This document shows, piece by piece, positions 10,505 through 21,830 of a stretch of 64,000 nucleotides of DNA. Within the stretch, counting starts at the first letter, position 1. The number at the start of each line of letters is the position of its first letter. This DNA comes from Leptogorgia sarmentosa (lineage: Eukaryota): assembly GCA_964658305.1 (NCBI GenBank), contig OZ210885.1:13330001-13394000 (forward strand), written 5' to 3'. A program made the translations under genes and the position numbers. The notes under the pieces are model-generated. The model had not been told where the DNA came from. It saw only the letters and a program-made list of their open reading frames with translations, and searched no databases.

Positions 10505-10621
10505 CGGGCGAAGACTTAAAGAAGGAGCCTGGGAGAATCGAAGAATCGAAGACTTGAAGAATGGAAGATTTGAAGAATCGAAGATTTGAAGAATCGAAGA
10601 CTTGAAGAATCGAACACTTAA
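10505..10621. repeat. 16-bp tandem repeat (GAAGAATCGAAGACTT)n
   Basis: About 5-6 units; the last unit is interrupted by the Academ insertion and resumes at 19197. Confidence 0.85.
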
Positions 10622-11586
10622 TAGTCTAGGACCTGTATATGACTAATATGAGTTTGTATGCATTTCATTTAGGACAGATAATCTCAACTGTTTTAGGGTA
10701 AGTTGACCATGCCGGTCAACATGGTAATGCTGCTCGAACCCGAATCCGGGGCGAAACCCCCTAAAATGACCACACCCAAAAATGACGGCTTCGCCATAGT
10801 GCTATCTACTAAACCATACAAGCTATTGCTCTTCTGACATGCTTATATGGTCCAGTGATGGTGCTTTTAGGGGTGGTCATTGGTGAGTGTGAAATGCCCA
10901 GCACTAATATTTTGCAAGATAATGAGCATGCCATACTCCCATTCCAAGGTCAATTTGTGGCTTACAACTTCAGACAAACAGCAGTGGGCCTAAATTTATT
11001 GCCTTGCTAAATTGTCTTGATAGAAACATAACTGGTACTCATTTAAGTATATATTCACTGTTTTCGTGTAATATAGTTAATATTTTGCGAACGAAATATT
11101 CATTTGAAATGTACATACCTCTTGCAAATTGACGTATTTGGTCAAACTCGCCACTTCACATCGCTGTTTAACGCCAATAATCGTTGAAATCCTTCCAAAT
11201 ATGTAAATCAGCTCAGCCATAAATGTGTCAAGAATATTTCCAATAGCTTTTAACAAAGTTTCAAGTCAATCCTAACAGTTTAACCGTCGACGGGGTAAAA
11301 CCACGACATTTACCAATTTCGGCGCCATTGTATCGTCCCGTTTCGGTTGTCAACAATTCGACCTTTTAATTCTTCCATCCGAGCAATTTCAATAGCACTA
11401 ATGAAAAATTCAACCCTTTATTACGGGTATGCAAATAAAAATATGAATAAAAGATGCGAAATACAGCATTTTACCACCCTGTAAAATGTTGCTTACGAGT
11501 CGTTCAAAACATTCCGTACGAATCACGCGCGGACAAAGTGACAAGGCTGACACGGGGGGGTTGAATATTGTTACACGAATTTAGAA
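10622..11586 (+). repeat. Left TIR of Academ element
   Basis: Reverse complement of 18242-19196, with a 9-nt indel near the end and a handful of other differences. Confidence 0.95.
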
Positions 11587-12203
11587 TAAGACTGTGTGAC
11601 AACAGGGAACCAAAGACGAACTAATTGAATTTGAACCAAAACACTACATAACTATAGTGAAATTTAATAATTCATCCGGCCTCGTGTTTTAACTCGCGCT
11701 TATTTTGAACGAGTGTTTTCTTTTATCGAAAAGCTTTTACAGACTTTAAAGTTTAAAAACATCAATAAAGCAAAGCCACACAGTATGGTAAGATCAATAA
11801 TAAAAAGTTGTTAATGTATTACAGTATCTGTAAGGATTTGTTGGTTCAGGAATTAAACAAACATTCCTTTTGATTGTACAAGTATCTTTTTTGGCTTGTG
11901 GCGTGAACCATTCATCTTGTATGGCCCATTATTTTTGGTTTTATTTGAATGAAGTATGGAATAGTCATGAGTTTTCCAAAACACGTGCACGTGTGTTTAA
12001 ATGTATCTAAACAAAAAAAGCCTATGTTTTCTACACGCTTCTTTATAGAAACTAAATAATTAAATTTGACAAGTTTTTTTGTTTATTTTTGTTGACTTTT
12101 TTAAAAGGAACGACTAATGTTTTTTTTGGCCGTTCAGTTATTAGCTGTTTCTCTCTCTTTAACAATGAATCAATGACTACATGATTGCATGCGAAGGTAG
12201 ACG

Positions 12204-12401
12204 CAGGAGCGTAGGAAATGGGGGAGGGGGGCACGGGGGCCGCCCCCCAAAAAACTCTGGATTTTCTTTGAAGCCTTATAAAAAGGTAGAATTAAGACTC
12301 TGAAACGGCCATTTCCAACGATCTAGAGACCACAAATTCTCAAACTCCACCTTTCCTATCTCAAACTCAATCGCCGTATCTATCGCGTTGCTACGCCCTT
12401 G
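12204..12401. mobile_element. Small hAT-like MITE upstream of the Academ ORF
   Basis: CAGGAGCGTAG...CTACGCCCTTG ends with G/C-rich subterminal blocks; TSD not conserved. Confidence 0.5.
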
Positions 12402-12456
12402 GCTAGGAGGCTATAGCTTCACCCGTAATGACTAAACGCCTTACTTCCAGGACAAA

Positions 12457-15400
12457 GTGCCCCTTACACGAAAACCATCGACGCCAACGAATATGGACGA
12501 GTGCATTTTATGCCAAACAAAAACGCGATCCGATTATCTTTCGAGCGGTGAAACGGGCAGGGCACGCATTATTTCCCTCGCAACAGAGAGTGGCGGTAAT
12601 GACAACCGAGCTAAAAGGGTCTTAGATTTATCAGTTCAAGAAATGAGAGTTATGAAATACCATTCATCAACATGCTATAAGAAATTTCAGAGAGATATGG
12701 AAAAGTTGAAGAAACGAAAACAAGAAAGCAACGATGATGATGTAGAACCAGATGTAACAGTCGATAGCGTACTAGAAGATGATAACGACAACCGCAGAAA
12801 AAGGCTAAAAGCGAATGAAATAAAACGGGTATGTGTAATATGTGGATCAGATCGTAAGACCGTGAAGCAGCAGAAAGTACACAAGCTTTCGAGAATCTGT
12901 GAAAAACAAATCGCTCAGAAGTTACTGAATGCAGCCAAGTTGTTCCAAGATCGTGTCTATACTGAAACAGCAGCGATGTGTGGACCAGAAGATGTTTTCG
13001 CAGCAGATATTTACTACCATAGCTATTGTTGTAAAGAATACTTCAACAAGTACAACTTGAAAATTGTTGAAATCATGAAAAGTCTCGAGGGAGAGGAATC
13101 CATTGCCGCAGGAAACGAACATCTGAAGGAAAGGTTTCTAGCACTAGGACTTGATTTCCAGAACACAGCATACAGCCTTTCTTTTATCAGAGACAAGCTT
13201 AATGAACATTCAACTTTCACTTCTGCAGTTACCAACAGAACTGTCAAGCAACTAATCATCGAGTTATATGGCGGGGATGTCTGCTTTACCTATCCAAGCA
13301 ACAAACGGATATCTCAGATGGTCTTTTCGACAGGCCGTAATCCACAAATTTTGGTAGAAGCGATGCGAGTGTCATCTGTCCAACAGGTTGCAACCACGTT
13401 AGCGCAGGAGTTGAAAAATTATAAATTTGGGTTGGAAAAAAGTTTTTGTGAACCACGAGATCTCCAGTTATCGGCGCGCACGCTGCTAAGGAATCCGCCA
13501 CCGACATGGGAAAAATTCTGTTCGTGTTTGTTTCATGGCAGACAGGTTTCACAAGTTAAAATCGACGTAGTTTTTCAAATTCTGCATTACGCTATGAGTG
13601 GCGGTAAAGAGCCAACACCTCTCCATATTATGGTTGCTGAAGGAGTGTATAGTCTAACCAGATCTAAAGAGCTCGTAACTGCATTGAATCACCACGGTAT
13701 TTGCGCAAGCTACAACACCGTCAGGAGAATCGACGTTGATCTCGCAGAGCGCATTATCACTACTGCAGGCGACAACAGAGTACCACTTCCCGCTGTCCTT
13801 GAGGCAACAAGTCCACTGAATGGAGCTATGGATAATTTTGACCGCAACGAAAGCACACTGGCTGGCACAGGCTCTACACATGACACCATCCTTGTACTTT
13901 TCCAAAATGTTCCCGTCAGTGAAGAAAAGCCATCTGAAGGAAGTGAAATCTCTACAAGAATACCACTTTCTAACGATCGGATTTCAGTCAGACTACGATC
14001 AAAGGTCAAGTGTCAGGTAGTTATACGTATGGGGTCAATAAAACGTAGTGGTGAGATAGCCGTAATAGTACAAGATCCATCAAATATGGTATCATCGAAT
14101 GAAGAGCCTAATTCTTTAACCTCAGACGAATGTTCCGTAACTCCCGTTACAAACGCACCGATTGCAATTGCTACTGTCACCAGTACAGATGAGACGGCTA
14201 TAACCACGCCACAAGCTGACTCACGTTTATTAACAACAAGCCCAATGACAGATACAACCAGTATTCCATCGATGAAATCAATCAGTTTGGACTATTTTGT
14301 GTGGTTGGTTAATCGAATATGCAACAGGACGGCCGACGAGGATTCTTTCGTTCCAGGATTTACAGCCGTTAGAAGCTTATTTGCCAATTTGAATTTTCAC
14401 GAAACCACCAAGATTCTTACCCCAATTTTACCGTATCCAGCTACTACATACGATGCAATTTTCACCACCATGATCAATTTTCAAGATGCTTTGAAGCAGA
14501 AAGGAGATGTGTATGGCGGTTTGTGGGCAGACGAAGGAGTCTATCGCATTGCAAAAGAAATTCAGTTGTTAAAGCCAGATCAATTTAGCAACATATTTCT
14601 TGGTCTTGGAGGGTTTCATATGGAAAAGATTGTGTTTGCCTGCCTTGGCGCGTATTTGGAACCATCTGGAATATTTTCTGTTTTGGTTGAAACCGAGTGC
14701 TATGGTACAGATACTATCAATGGTGTAATTTCTGGTTCCCACTATTCCAGAGCTCGTACAGCCCATTCCTTGATCAATGAGGTTATCGCGACCTTGATGC
14801 TAGAGTCATTCCAGGCAGAATATCCAGAAAAGAGTGTCCTGTTCGAAGACCTTAAAGTAGATTGTCAATCTGAGGAGATGACAAGTGACCATTGGAGCAC
14901 CAAAAAAGAGCAGTCTAAAACCATCGAAGAGGACTTCCAAGATTACTTACAAGAAAAAGTACGACATTCACAGTCATTTGCCTATTGGTATACGTATGTT
15001 TTCGAGCTTTTTCCGATAGCAAGAGATCCTACAAATTCAATGCGTTCTGGTGATTGGATACTTTATCTTAGCGCTGTTAAAAGAGCAACCTCGCTGTTTT
15101 TCTTCTTTGGACGGACTAACTATAGTAGATGGACGCCTTTATTCCTACAAGATTGTTATCAATTGGAAGATAAGTTTCCACTTCTCTACAGCTCATATAC
15201 GAATGGTGGGTTTGTTGTAAATACGAACAGAAAGGGCAGTGGGGTTCCGTTTGACCAAGCTCTGGAGCAAAGCTACAACCGACCAGCCAAAGTTAGCGGT
15301 GGTATAATTGGTGTTACTAGGAAGAAAGACGCTGTGGCTTTGTGGGGTATCATCAAACACAAGAAAGATGAATACGTTCACCTTCTTAAGATGCAAGATG

Positions 15401-17205
15401 ATGATGAGGGAGAACTATCTGTTCATCATGATTTCAACCGAAGTAGTGCCAAAAAGATAAAAGAGTTGGTGCAAGAAATAGAAGATTACCTTCGGAAGGC
15501 TTGTAGTCCCTTTCTTGATCTGGAGACGTTAAAGAATGTCGTTACTGGGGAGACCGTGTGCAAAGTAGATGTTAGCAAACTGCTCTGCTGTACAACGATA
15601 GGCGGTGCTGCTTTTACAGAATTTATTGAAAATCGTCTGCAAGACAAAAAAGTTTCAATACACTCAAAGATAAGCAAGATAAAATATTCCTCGCCTCAAG
15701 TTTCGACACATTCCACATCGAAGGCAGACATCAAAGATGAAACCATCAAAGCTCTGATGTTCATTGAATATGGTCGTCACCGTGGTTTCCCGGCAGAAGA
15801 GTTACTCGTCCACGAAATAACCAGTTCCGCTTTCTTCTTGGTTGACAAGGATGGTTATGTAAAAAAGAGCGTAAAGTCTCAGTTAGGGACGGAGTTACTA
15901 AAGCTATGCCCAGATGTAGACCCAAATGGCCCGACAACGTCTCCACCAACCCAGGCCTATATTATCGACTTTATGGCGATGGTTAGAAAAATCCCATTCA
16001 AGAAACTTGAACCACCTGTGAAAACATTCAACGACCTCGCAGTTTCCCTGACTAACATGATCATTACCGCTGGGCGCAACAGTAATGAAATCCACGTAGT
16101 TTTCGACACGTATAAGGAAGACAGCATCAAAAATGCAGAAAGAAAGAGAAGAGGAAAATCGAATGAAATTATTGTCCTGGATTCGATTTCTCCAAACCAT
16201 CGAGTTCCTGTTAAATTGGACAACTTTTGGTCTTCGTCTGTAAGCAAAACCACATTCCAAGCATTCTATGTCGAATGGCTCAAAACCAACTACGATGGAA
16301 ATAAACCGCTATATCTTGGTATATCTCCAAATGCATGGTTTGTATCGACAGAACGTGTATCTCTATTCCCTCGTCTGGATTGCACCCACGAAGAGGCTGA
16401 TGATAGGATGATGTTTCATGTTCAAGATATTTTGTCTCATCAATCTGGTCCTACATCAATTACGCTATCCTCAGGTGATACAGATGTTTTCATATGTCTC
16501 TTATACCACTTTGTTGTCAACTGGAATCATATTGGTCTTGATGAATTATGGCTTATACGCAATTCTGGCCTGAATCGTTCAATATTGCCACTGAAGAAAA
16601 TTTGTCTGACGCTTGGAGACGAGTTGATAAAATGTCTTCCTGCACTTCATGCACTAACTGGATGCGATACAACCAGCAAGATAGCGACGAAATTAGCAGC
16701 TCTCAACGCTATTCGCATTCCAGTGAACCTTCCACTCCTTGCAAATTTTAATTGTTCCCAACTAACAGACAACGATATAAAATTGGCAGAAATTTTTTTG
16801 GTCAAGTGCCTCAAGCCATCTACGTACTTTGAAACATTCGACGAGCTACGCATCGATACATTTGACAACAATGCTATGAAATTGGATTGTGAAAAAACTG
16901 CCTGCACAAGCACGAATATTAGGATGCACATCAAAAGAAGTTTCTATCAAATGCAGCTGTGGATTCAAGCCCCATTTAGAGATGCAACAACGTTTCTTAA
17001 CGCCGAAGATTATGGCTTTGAAAGAAAAAACAATTTTTTTATTCCTGAAATTGTCATCACCAAACCTGATGGTCTTCTAGATCCGTGCAAGTGTGGTAAA
17101 TGTGCTCGCAGGAATGGGTGTCCATGCAGAGTGGCTGGGGTGAGCTGCTGTAAATATTGTAAATGCAAGGCTAGTGAAGAATGCAAAAATCCGATAACCG
17201 AATGA
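12457..17205 (+). CDS. Academ transposase fused to an XPG/FEN1-like (PIN) nuclease and a C-terminal Cys-rich domain (first ATG at 12493)
   Basis: Transposase motifs AMDNFD, WADEGVY, LGGFH, NYSRW, FDQALEQSYN; XPG-like motifs IIDFMA, VFDTY..SIK.AER, HEEADDRM, SGDTDV, HALTGCDTTS; C-terminal CKCGKC..CPC..CCKYCKC..C. Confidence 0.9.
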   Translation: MPLTRKPSTPTNMDECILCQTKTRSDYLSSGETGRARIISLATESGGNDNRAKRVLDLSVQEMRVMKYHSSTCYKKFQRDMEKLKKRKQESNDDDVEPDVTVDSVLEDDNDNRRKRLKANEIKRVCVICGSDRKTVKQQKVHKLSRICEKQIAQKLLNAAKLFQDRVYTETAAMCGPEDVFAADIYYHSYCCKEYFNKYNLKIVEIMKSLEGEESIAAGNEHLKERFLALGLDFQNTAYSLSFIRDKLNEHSTFTSAVTNRTVKQLIIELYGGDVCFTYPSNKRISQMVFSTGRNPQILVEAMRVSSVQQVATTLAQELKNYKFGLEKSFCEPRDLQLSARTLLRNPPPTWEKFCSCLFHGRQVSQVKIDVVFQILHYAMSGGKEPTPLHIMVAEGVYSLTRSKELVTALNHHGICASYNTVRRIDVDLAERIITTAGDNRVPLPAVLEATSPLNGAMDNFDRNESTLAGTGSTHDTILVLFQNVPVSEEKPSEGSEISTRIPLSNDRISVRLRSKVKCQVVIRMGSIKRSGEIAVIVQDPSNMVSSNEEPNSLTSDECSVTPVTNAPIAIATVTSTDETAITTPQADSRLLTTSPMTDTTSIPSMKSISLDYFVWLVNRICNRTADEDSFVPGFTAVRSLFANLNFHETTKILTPILPYPATTYDAIFTTMINFQDALKQKGDVYGGLWADEGVYRIAKEIQLLKPDQFSNIFLGLGGFHMEKIVFACLGAYLEPSGIFSVLVETECYGTDTINGVISGSHYSRARTAHSLINEVIATLMLESFQAEYPEKSVLFEDLKVDCQSEEMTSDHWSTKKEQSKTIEEDFQDYLQEKVRHSQSFAYWYTYVFELFPIARDPTNSMRSGDWILYLSAVKRATSLFFFFGRTNYSRWTPLFLQDCYQLEDKFPLLYSSYTNGGFVVNTNRKGSGVPFDQALEQSYNRPAKVSGGIIGVTRKKDAVALWGIIKHKKDEYVHLLKMQDDDEGELSVHHDFNRSSAKKIKELVQEIEDYLRKACSPFLDLETLKNVVTGETVCKVDVSKLLCCTTIGGAAFTEFIENRLQDKKVSIHSKISKIKYSSPQVSTHSTSKADIKDETIKALMFIEYGRHRGFPAEELLVHEITSSAFFLVDKDGYVKKSVKSQLGTELLKLCPDVDPNGPTTSPPTQAYIIDFMAMVRKIPFKKLEPPVKTFNDLAVSLTNMIITAGRNSNEIHVVFDTYKEDSIKNAERKRRGKSNEIIVLDSISPNHRVPVKLDNFWSSSVSKTTFQAFYVEWLKTNYDGNKPLYLGISPNAWFVSTERVSLFPRLDCTHEEADDRMMFHVQDILSHQSGPTSITLSSGDTDVFICLLYHFVVNWNHIGLDELWLIRNSGLNRSILPLKKICLTLGDELIKCLPALHALTGCDTTSKIATKLAALNAIRIPVNLPLLANFNCSQLTDNDIKLAEIFLVKCLKPSTYFETFDELRIDTFDNNAMKLDCEKTACTSTNIRMHIKRSFYQMQLWIQAPFRDATTFLNAEDYGFERKNNFFIPEIVITKPDGLLDPCKCGKCARRNGCPCRVAGVSCCKYCKCKASEECKNPITE

Positions 17206-17259
17206 AACCGAAATCGAACTTAATTCCGTGCCGTTTTCCGTGCAATTAATTCCGTTTTC

Positions 17260-18241
17260 CGTTTTCCAACAAATCGGCTTAAAAATTACAGCACAAGTCA
17301 ACCACCAACTAGTTAACTTCTTGGATATCACATTAAATTTAAACAACGGTAGTTTCGCTCCTTTCAGAAAAGCAAATAACAATCCACTATACGTAAACAG
17401 CAAATCAAACCACCCTCCCTCCGTAATAAGACAATCCGAAAATCAGTTAACCAGCGACTCTCCTCACTCTCATCCGACCAGCAATCCTTCGATTCCTGTA
17501 AACCATTTTACGAACACGCACTTACACACAGTAATGACAACGTATCTTTGGAATACTCCAATTGTAACCCCACAACAATATCATCCACCACGAAACGCAG
17601 ACGTCAAAGGAATATCATCTGGTATAATCCACCGTTCAGTAAATCTGTAAAAACAAACATCGCACGAAGCTTCTTACAACTCCTCGACAAGCACTTCCCA
17701 ACCGCAAATCCTCTACACAAGCTGTTCAATCGTAATACGGTAAAAGTTAGTTACAGCTGTATGCCCAACATGAAGAGCATTATATCTCGACACAACCAAA
17801 AAATCCTATCAATATCCAAAACAACACCAAATCAGAATAATTGTAACTCTAGAAAAGCCTCCGAGTACCCAATGAACAGAAATTGCTTATCCGTTAGCAT
17901 CGTTTATAAAGCCGAAGTTTCAACTTGTGATACAGGAGATAAGAAAGAATACATCGGAATGACGGCAAATTCGTTCAAGGAAAGATTCAATAACCACAAG
18001 AAGTCATTCAACAACGAAAAATATGAAAAGGAAACGGAATTGTCGAAGTATATATGGAAATTAAAGAAAAACAAAAAGGATTACTCAGTTTCGTGGTCCA
18101 GTATTGAAGCGTGCACCCGCCTTTTCACCTGGAAGAAAGCGATGCAATCTCTGTATCGAGGAGAAGTTGTGCCTGATGCAAGGTAATGCAACCAAATTGT
18201 TGAACAAACGATCCGAAATCTTCGCGAAGTGCCGCCACCGG
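17260..18241 (+). mobile_element. 5'-truncated, frameshifted Penelope-like retroelement (Naiad-type): RT C-terminus/thumb and GIY-YIG endonuclease
   Basis: GLKIT..VNFLDITL..YVNSKSNHPP; IIWYNPPFS; NTVKVSYSCMPN; IVYKAEV..YIGMT..FKERFNNH..TELSKYIW; after a frameshift RCNLCIEEK..LLNKRSEIFAKCRHR. Frameshifts near 17432 and 18100. Confidence 0.85.
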
Positions 18242-19196
18242 TTCTAAATTCGTGTAACAATATTCAACCCCCCCGTGTCACCTTGTCACTTTGTCCGCGC
18301 GTGATTCGTACGAAATGTTTTGAACTACTCGTAAACAACATTTTACAGGGTGGTAAAATGCTGTATTTCGCATCTTTTATTCATATTTTTATTTGCATAC
18401 CCGTAATAAAGGGTTGAATTTTTCATTAGTGCTATTGAAATTGCTCGGATGGAAGAATTAAAAGGTCGAATTGTTGACAACCGAAACGGGACGATACAAT
18501 GGCGCCGAATTTGGTAAATGTCGTGGTTTTACCCCGTCGACGGTTAAACTGTTAGGATTGACTTGAAACTTTGTTAAAAGCTATTGGAAATATTCTTGAC
18601 ACATTTATGGCTGAGCTGATTTACATATTTGGAAGGATTTCAACGATTATTGGCGTTAAACAGCGATGTGAAGTGGCGAGTTTGACCAAATACGTCAATT
18701 TGCAAGAGGTATGTACATTTCAAATGAATATTTCGTTCGCAAAATATTAACTATATTACACGAAAACAGTGAATATATACTTAAATGAGTACCAGTTATG
18801 TTTCTATCAAGACAATTTAGCAAGGCAATAAATTTAGGCCCACTGCTGTTTGTCTGAAGTTGTAAGCCACAAATTGACCTTGGAATGGGAGTATGGCATG
18901 CTCATTATCTTGCAAAATATTAGTGCTGGGCATTTCACACTCACCAATGACCACCCCTAAAAGCACCATCACTGGACCATATAAGCATGTCAGAAGAGCC
19001 ATAGCTTGTATGGTTTAGTAGATAGCACTATGGCGAAGCCGTCATTTTTGGGTGTGGTCATTTTAGGGGGTTTCGCCCCGGATTCGGGTTCGAGCAGCAT
19101 TACCATGTTGACCGGCATGGTCAACTTACCCTAAAACAGTTGAGATTATCTGTCCTAAATGAAATGCATACAAACTCATATACAGGTCCTAGACTA
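18242..19196 (-). repeat. Right TIR of Academ element
   Basis: Reverse complement of 10622-11586. Confidence 0.95.
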
Positions 19197-19869
19197 TAAA
19201 GAAGTGTTGTGAATTCCCTTCATGTTTCAGCGTGGTGGTGCGAAGTGTTGTGAATTCCGTACGTGTTCGCTGTTCGTTCGTGCATCGTTTGGCCTTGATT
19301 TTGGCAGCAGTACTCTTCGTGTTCGTGCCTGTTTGCGGGGCCCTCTAGGGGGTAACGCTAAGGCGGTGGTCTTTATTTCCAACCTTGCTGCGTGCTTCTG
19401 TTGTAAGGTTGAGGTGCTTGACTGAAACCTGACGTCTCAGTTCCTCTTATCTTTTGTCCGTGTTTTGAGAAATTAGATCCTCGTTTGCCACACATGGTGT
19501 GGGTCATAGCGTACTCAGTTAACAGTTAATAAGTTGTTTCGAGACTGGGATCTCGTTTAAGGTTACATTAGGAGTAACACGTAGTATTCATGTTGAGATG
19601 CACACAGTTTTTTCAGTATTAAAAGTTAGTAGTTTTAATTTCGAGACTGGGTTCTCATTTAAGCTTACATTAGGATACTTACGCGGATACGAACGTGAGG
19701 AAGAATTTTATTTATTCTAGTTGGTTACAATCATTCAACGTGGCCGCCATTTCTCAGCACACACAAATCACTTCGACGTTGCATTTCCCGTGCAACTCTT
19801 GTTATTAGTTCATGATTTCCATGTAGAGCATCTGCTTCAAGCTGTATCTGCCGGTAATTTAGAAATTTA

Positions 19870-20035
19870 TGTTACCAATAAAATTAACCAATAACTAATT
19901 GGTCATTTTAACCAGTAATAATTGGTTAATATAACCAAATATTTTGGTTGTTTTAACCAATTGATGAATGGTTAATTTAATGGTAAAAACGACCAATTTT
20001 AATTGGTCTAAAGAACCAATTCAATTCTAATTGTT
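19870..20035. repeat. Array of TTAACCAA/TTGGTT motifs in both orientations (CACTA-like subterminal repeats)
   Basis: More than 10 short motif copies in alternating orientation; no clear CACTG terminus. Confidence 0.45.
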
Positions 20036-20104
20036 CCTCAGATGAATCTGCAGATGACCAGTATTACACCTGCGCTATAAAACAATACACAACAGTGAGG
20101 ATAT

Positions 20105-20630
20105 GTATACTAACACTTATTTCGAAGGTCTGAGGGGTATACGAGATTTACCCCTCGAAGCCTGGAGCCAGAATTCGTATCCCGCGAAGCGCTGAGGGGG
20201 ATACGAATTCTGGCTCCAGGCTGAGAGGGGTAAATCTCGTATACCCCGACAGACCTTCGGAACAAGGATTTTGTCTATCACCGAGCTAAAAGCAAATTTG
20301 AATTTCACGAAACAAGTCATACACCTTGTCGGCACTGAAAGTAACCTATTCTTCATAGTTTTCAATCCGACGAGCCTTCAAATACGCTCCCAACTTTATA
20401 TTTGCATCGTTCTCACTTTTTATAGTGTTTTTGTTATGCAAATCTTGTCTTTTCTGCGTTAATTCTTCGTCAGAAATTAGATTTCCATTCTTGTTGGGCG
20501 CCATTTTGAATAAATTGCCGGGGGGAAAATCCGTATCCTGCTGGAGCTCACGCTCACAAAAAGATACGAGATTTATCGATTCTGTTTCGACCAATCAGAT
20601 TTGTCTATTACTGTCGAAAAAATCTTCTCC
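20105..20630 (-). mobile_element. Crypton-like non-autonomous element with a ~150-bp palindrome
   Basis: Palindrome 20116-20266 centred on GCGAAGCGCTGAG; the minus-strand peptide DEEL..KRQDLHNKNTIKSENDA..L.AYL resembles the N-terminus of Crypton recombinase proteins. Confidence 0.5.
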
Positions 20631-21699
20631 GGCTTCCTCGTTCGTTGACAGTAAATCATAAAGGTTATATTTGAAAGAAAACCAAAACATGCAGACACGT
20701 GTCTGTGACGCGGGATATTCAAAAGACGACCGATTACTAAAAGTATTCACAGATCGCAATGACGCATGAGTTCAAATTATAAGTTAAACCGTGATCAGTA
20801 TTTTCATAACAACTACATAAACACAATCGTAAGACAAGCGTTTTTGATAATATACAAGAGCTCAGTCTTTAAAAACAATATGTATCAATGTTTTGACAAA
20901 GCACGTTTTATACTCACACCTCTTTCAAGGAATTGAAATAATTTCATTGTGTAGTAGATTAACTGCTAAATTTTTAACATTTTCGAAACAAATTCTAATT
21001 GATAACTAAAGTTTTATTGTTAAAGAGAGAATTTAAATTAGTATAACTTTATCAATACATAACTGTTGGAATACTAATTACAATTTCAAATGTTCTGTGA
21101 TCAAATAATTTATTAATTCGAGCTTTGGCGGCAAGAGATATTTCCTGGTCCAGAGTCAAATCGATTGGGCTGTCATTGATATGCAATTATGCACACAGTT
21201 TTTTCTAGTATTAAAAATTAGTTTATTCGAGTGGTCGATTTTGGGCACTTTTTCAACTATTTTAAAATCGTTTTAAAATGACTTAAAAACACTCAAAAGG
21301 CGATAAAAAACAGTTTAAAATGGTTTGGGTTCATATCTGAGACGTTTTTCAAAAGTCGTGAAAAAAAGTTAAGGTTAAGCTTACATTAGGGGCAAGAAAT
21401 CGGGCTGTCATTGATATGCACACCGTTTTTTCAGTATTAAATATCAGTAGTTTCTTTATCTGCAGCATTCAGATGTGTCAGTTGCATTCTCACAAATCCT
21501 TGTGTAGTATACCGAATATTCTGTGATGCTGTCTTTAGTTTCCACATGTCAACCACATTATTCAGGTAGTTGCACTATACTACTGCTAGCACCTTTACAA
21601 GGAAAAATATGGATGAATTCAGTAATATGGTTTAGCTCAGTGCACACATAAGTGTCGCTGCAAAAGAATTGAATTATGAAATTCATTCTCATGAACTTC

Positions 21700-21830
21700 A
21701 GTAACCTTTCCAATAACGGGTCTTTTCTTGTAATTGCTGATGTTGACTGCAACAAGTACACCAGGAGAACGGGCATCCAGAAAGTTATCGTCGTGATAAA
21801 TTCCTCGAGTACCATGCAGGAGGCATGATA
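21700..21830 (+). pseudogene. Decayed hAT transposase C-terminal dimerisation domain
   Basis: FP....L*LLMLTATSTPGERASRKL, then STMQE after a frameshift. Confidence 0.45.

Larger units (their letters stand above)
10622..19196 (+). mobile_element. AcademX DNA transposon, full length
   Basis: Ends TAGTCTAGGACC...GGTCCTAGACTA; TAA TSD at 10619-10621 and 19197-19199; ~960-bp TIRs; single large transposase+XPG ORF. Confidence 0.9.

Noticed and set aside
10530..10620. CRISPR-like repeat beside a large nuclease ORF
   Set aside because: Contiguous 16-bp units with no spacers, lying outside the transposon TIR.
12687..16934. Minus-strand ORFs inside the Academ gene
   Set aside because: Antisense shadows with no motifs.
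17228..18186. Functional second Academ gene or selenoprotein Naiad
   Set aside because: Frameshifted and 5'-truncated; no in-frame TGA at Cys positions was seen, and the 3' UTR that would hold a SECIS is missing.
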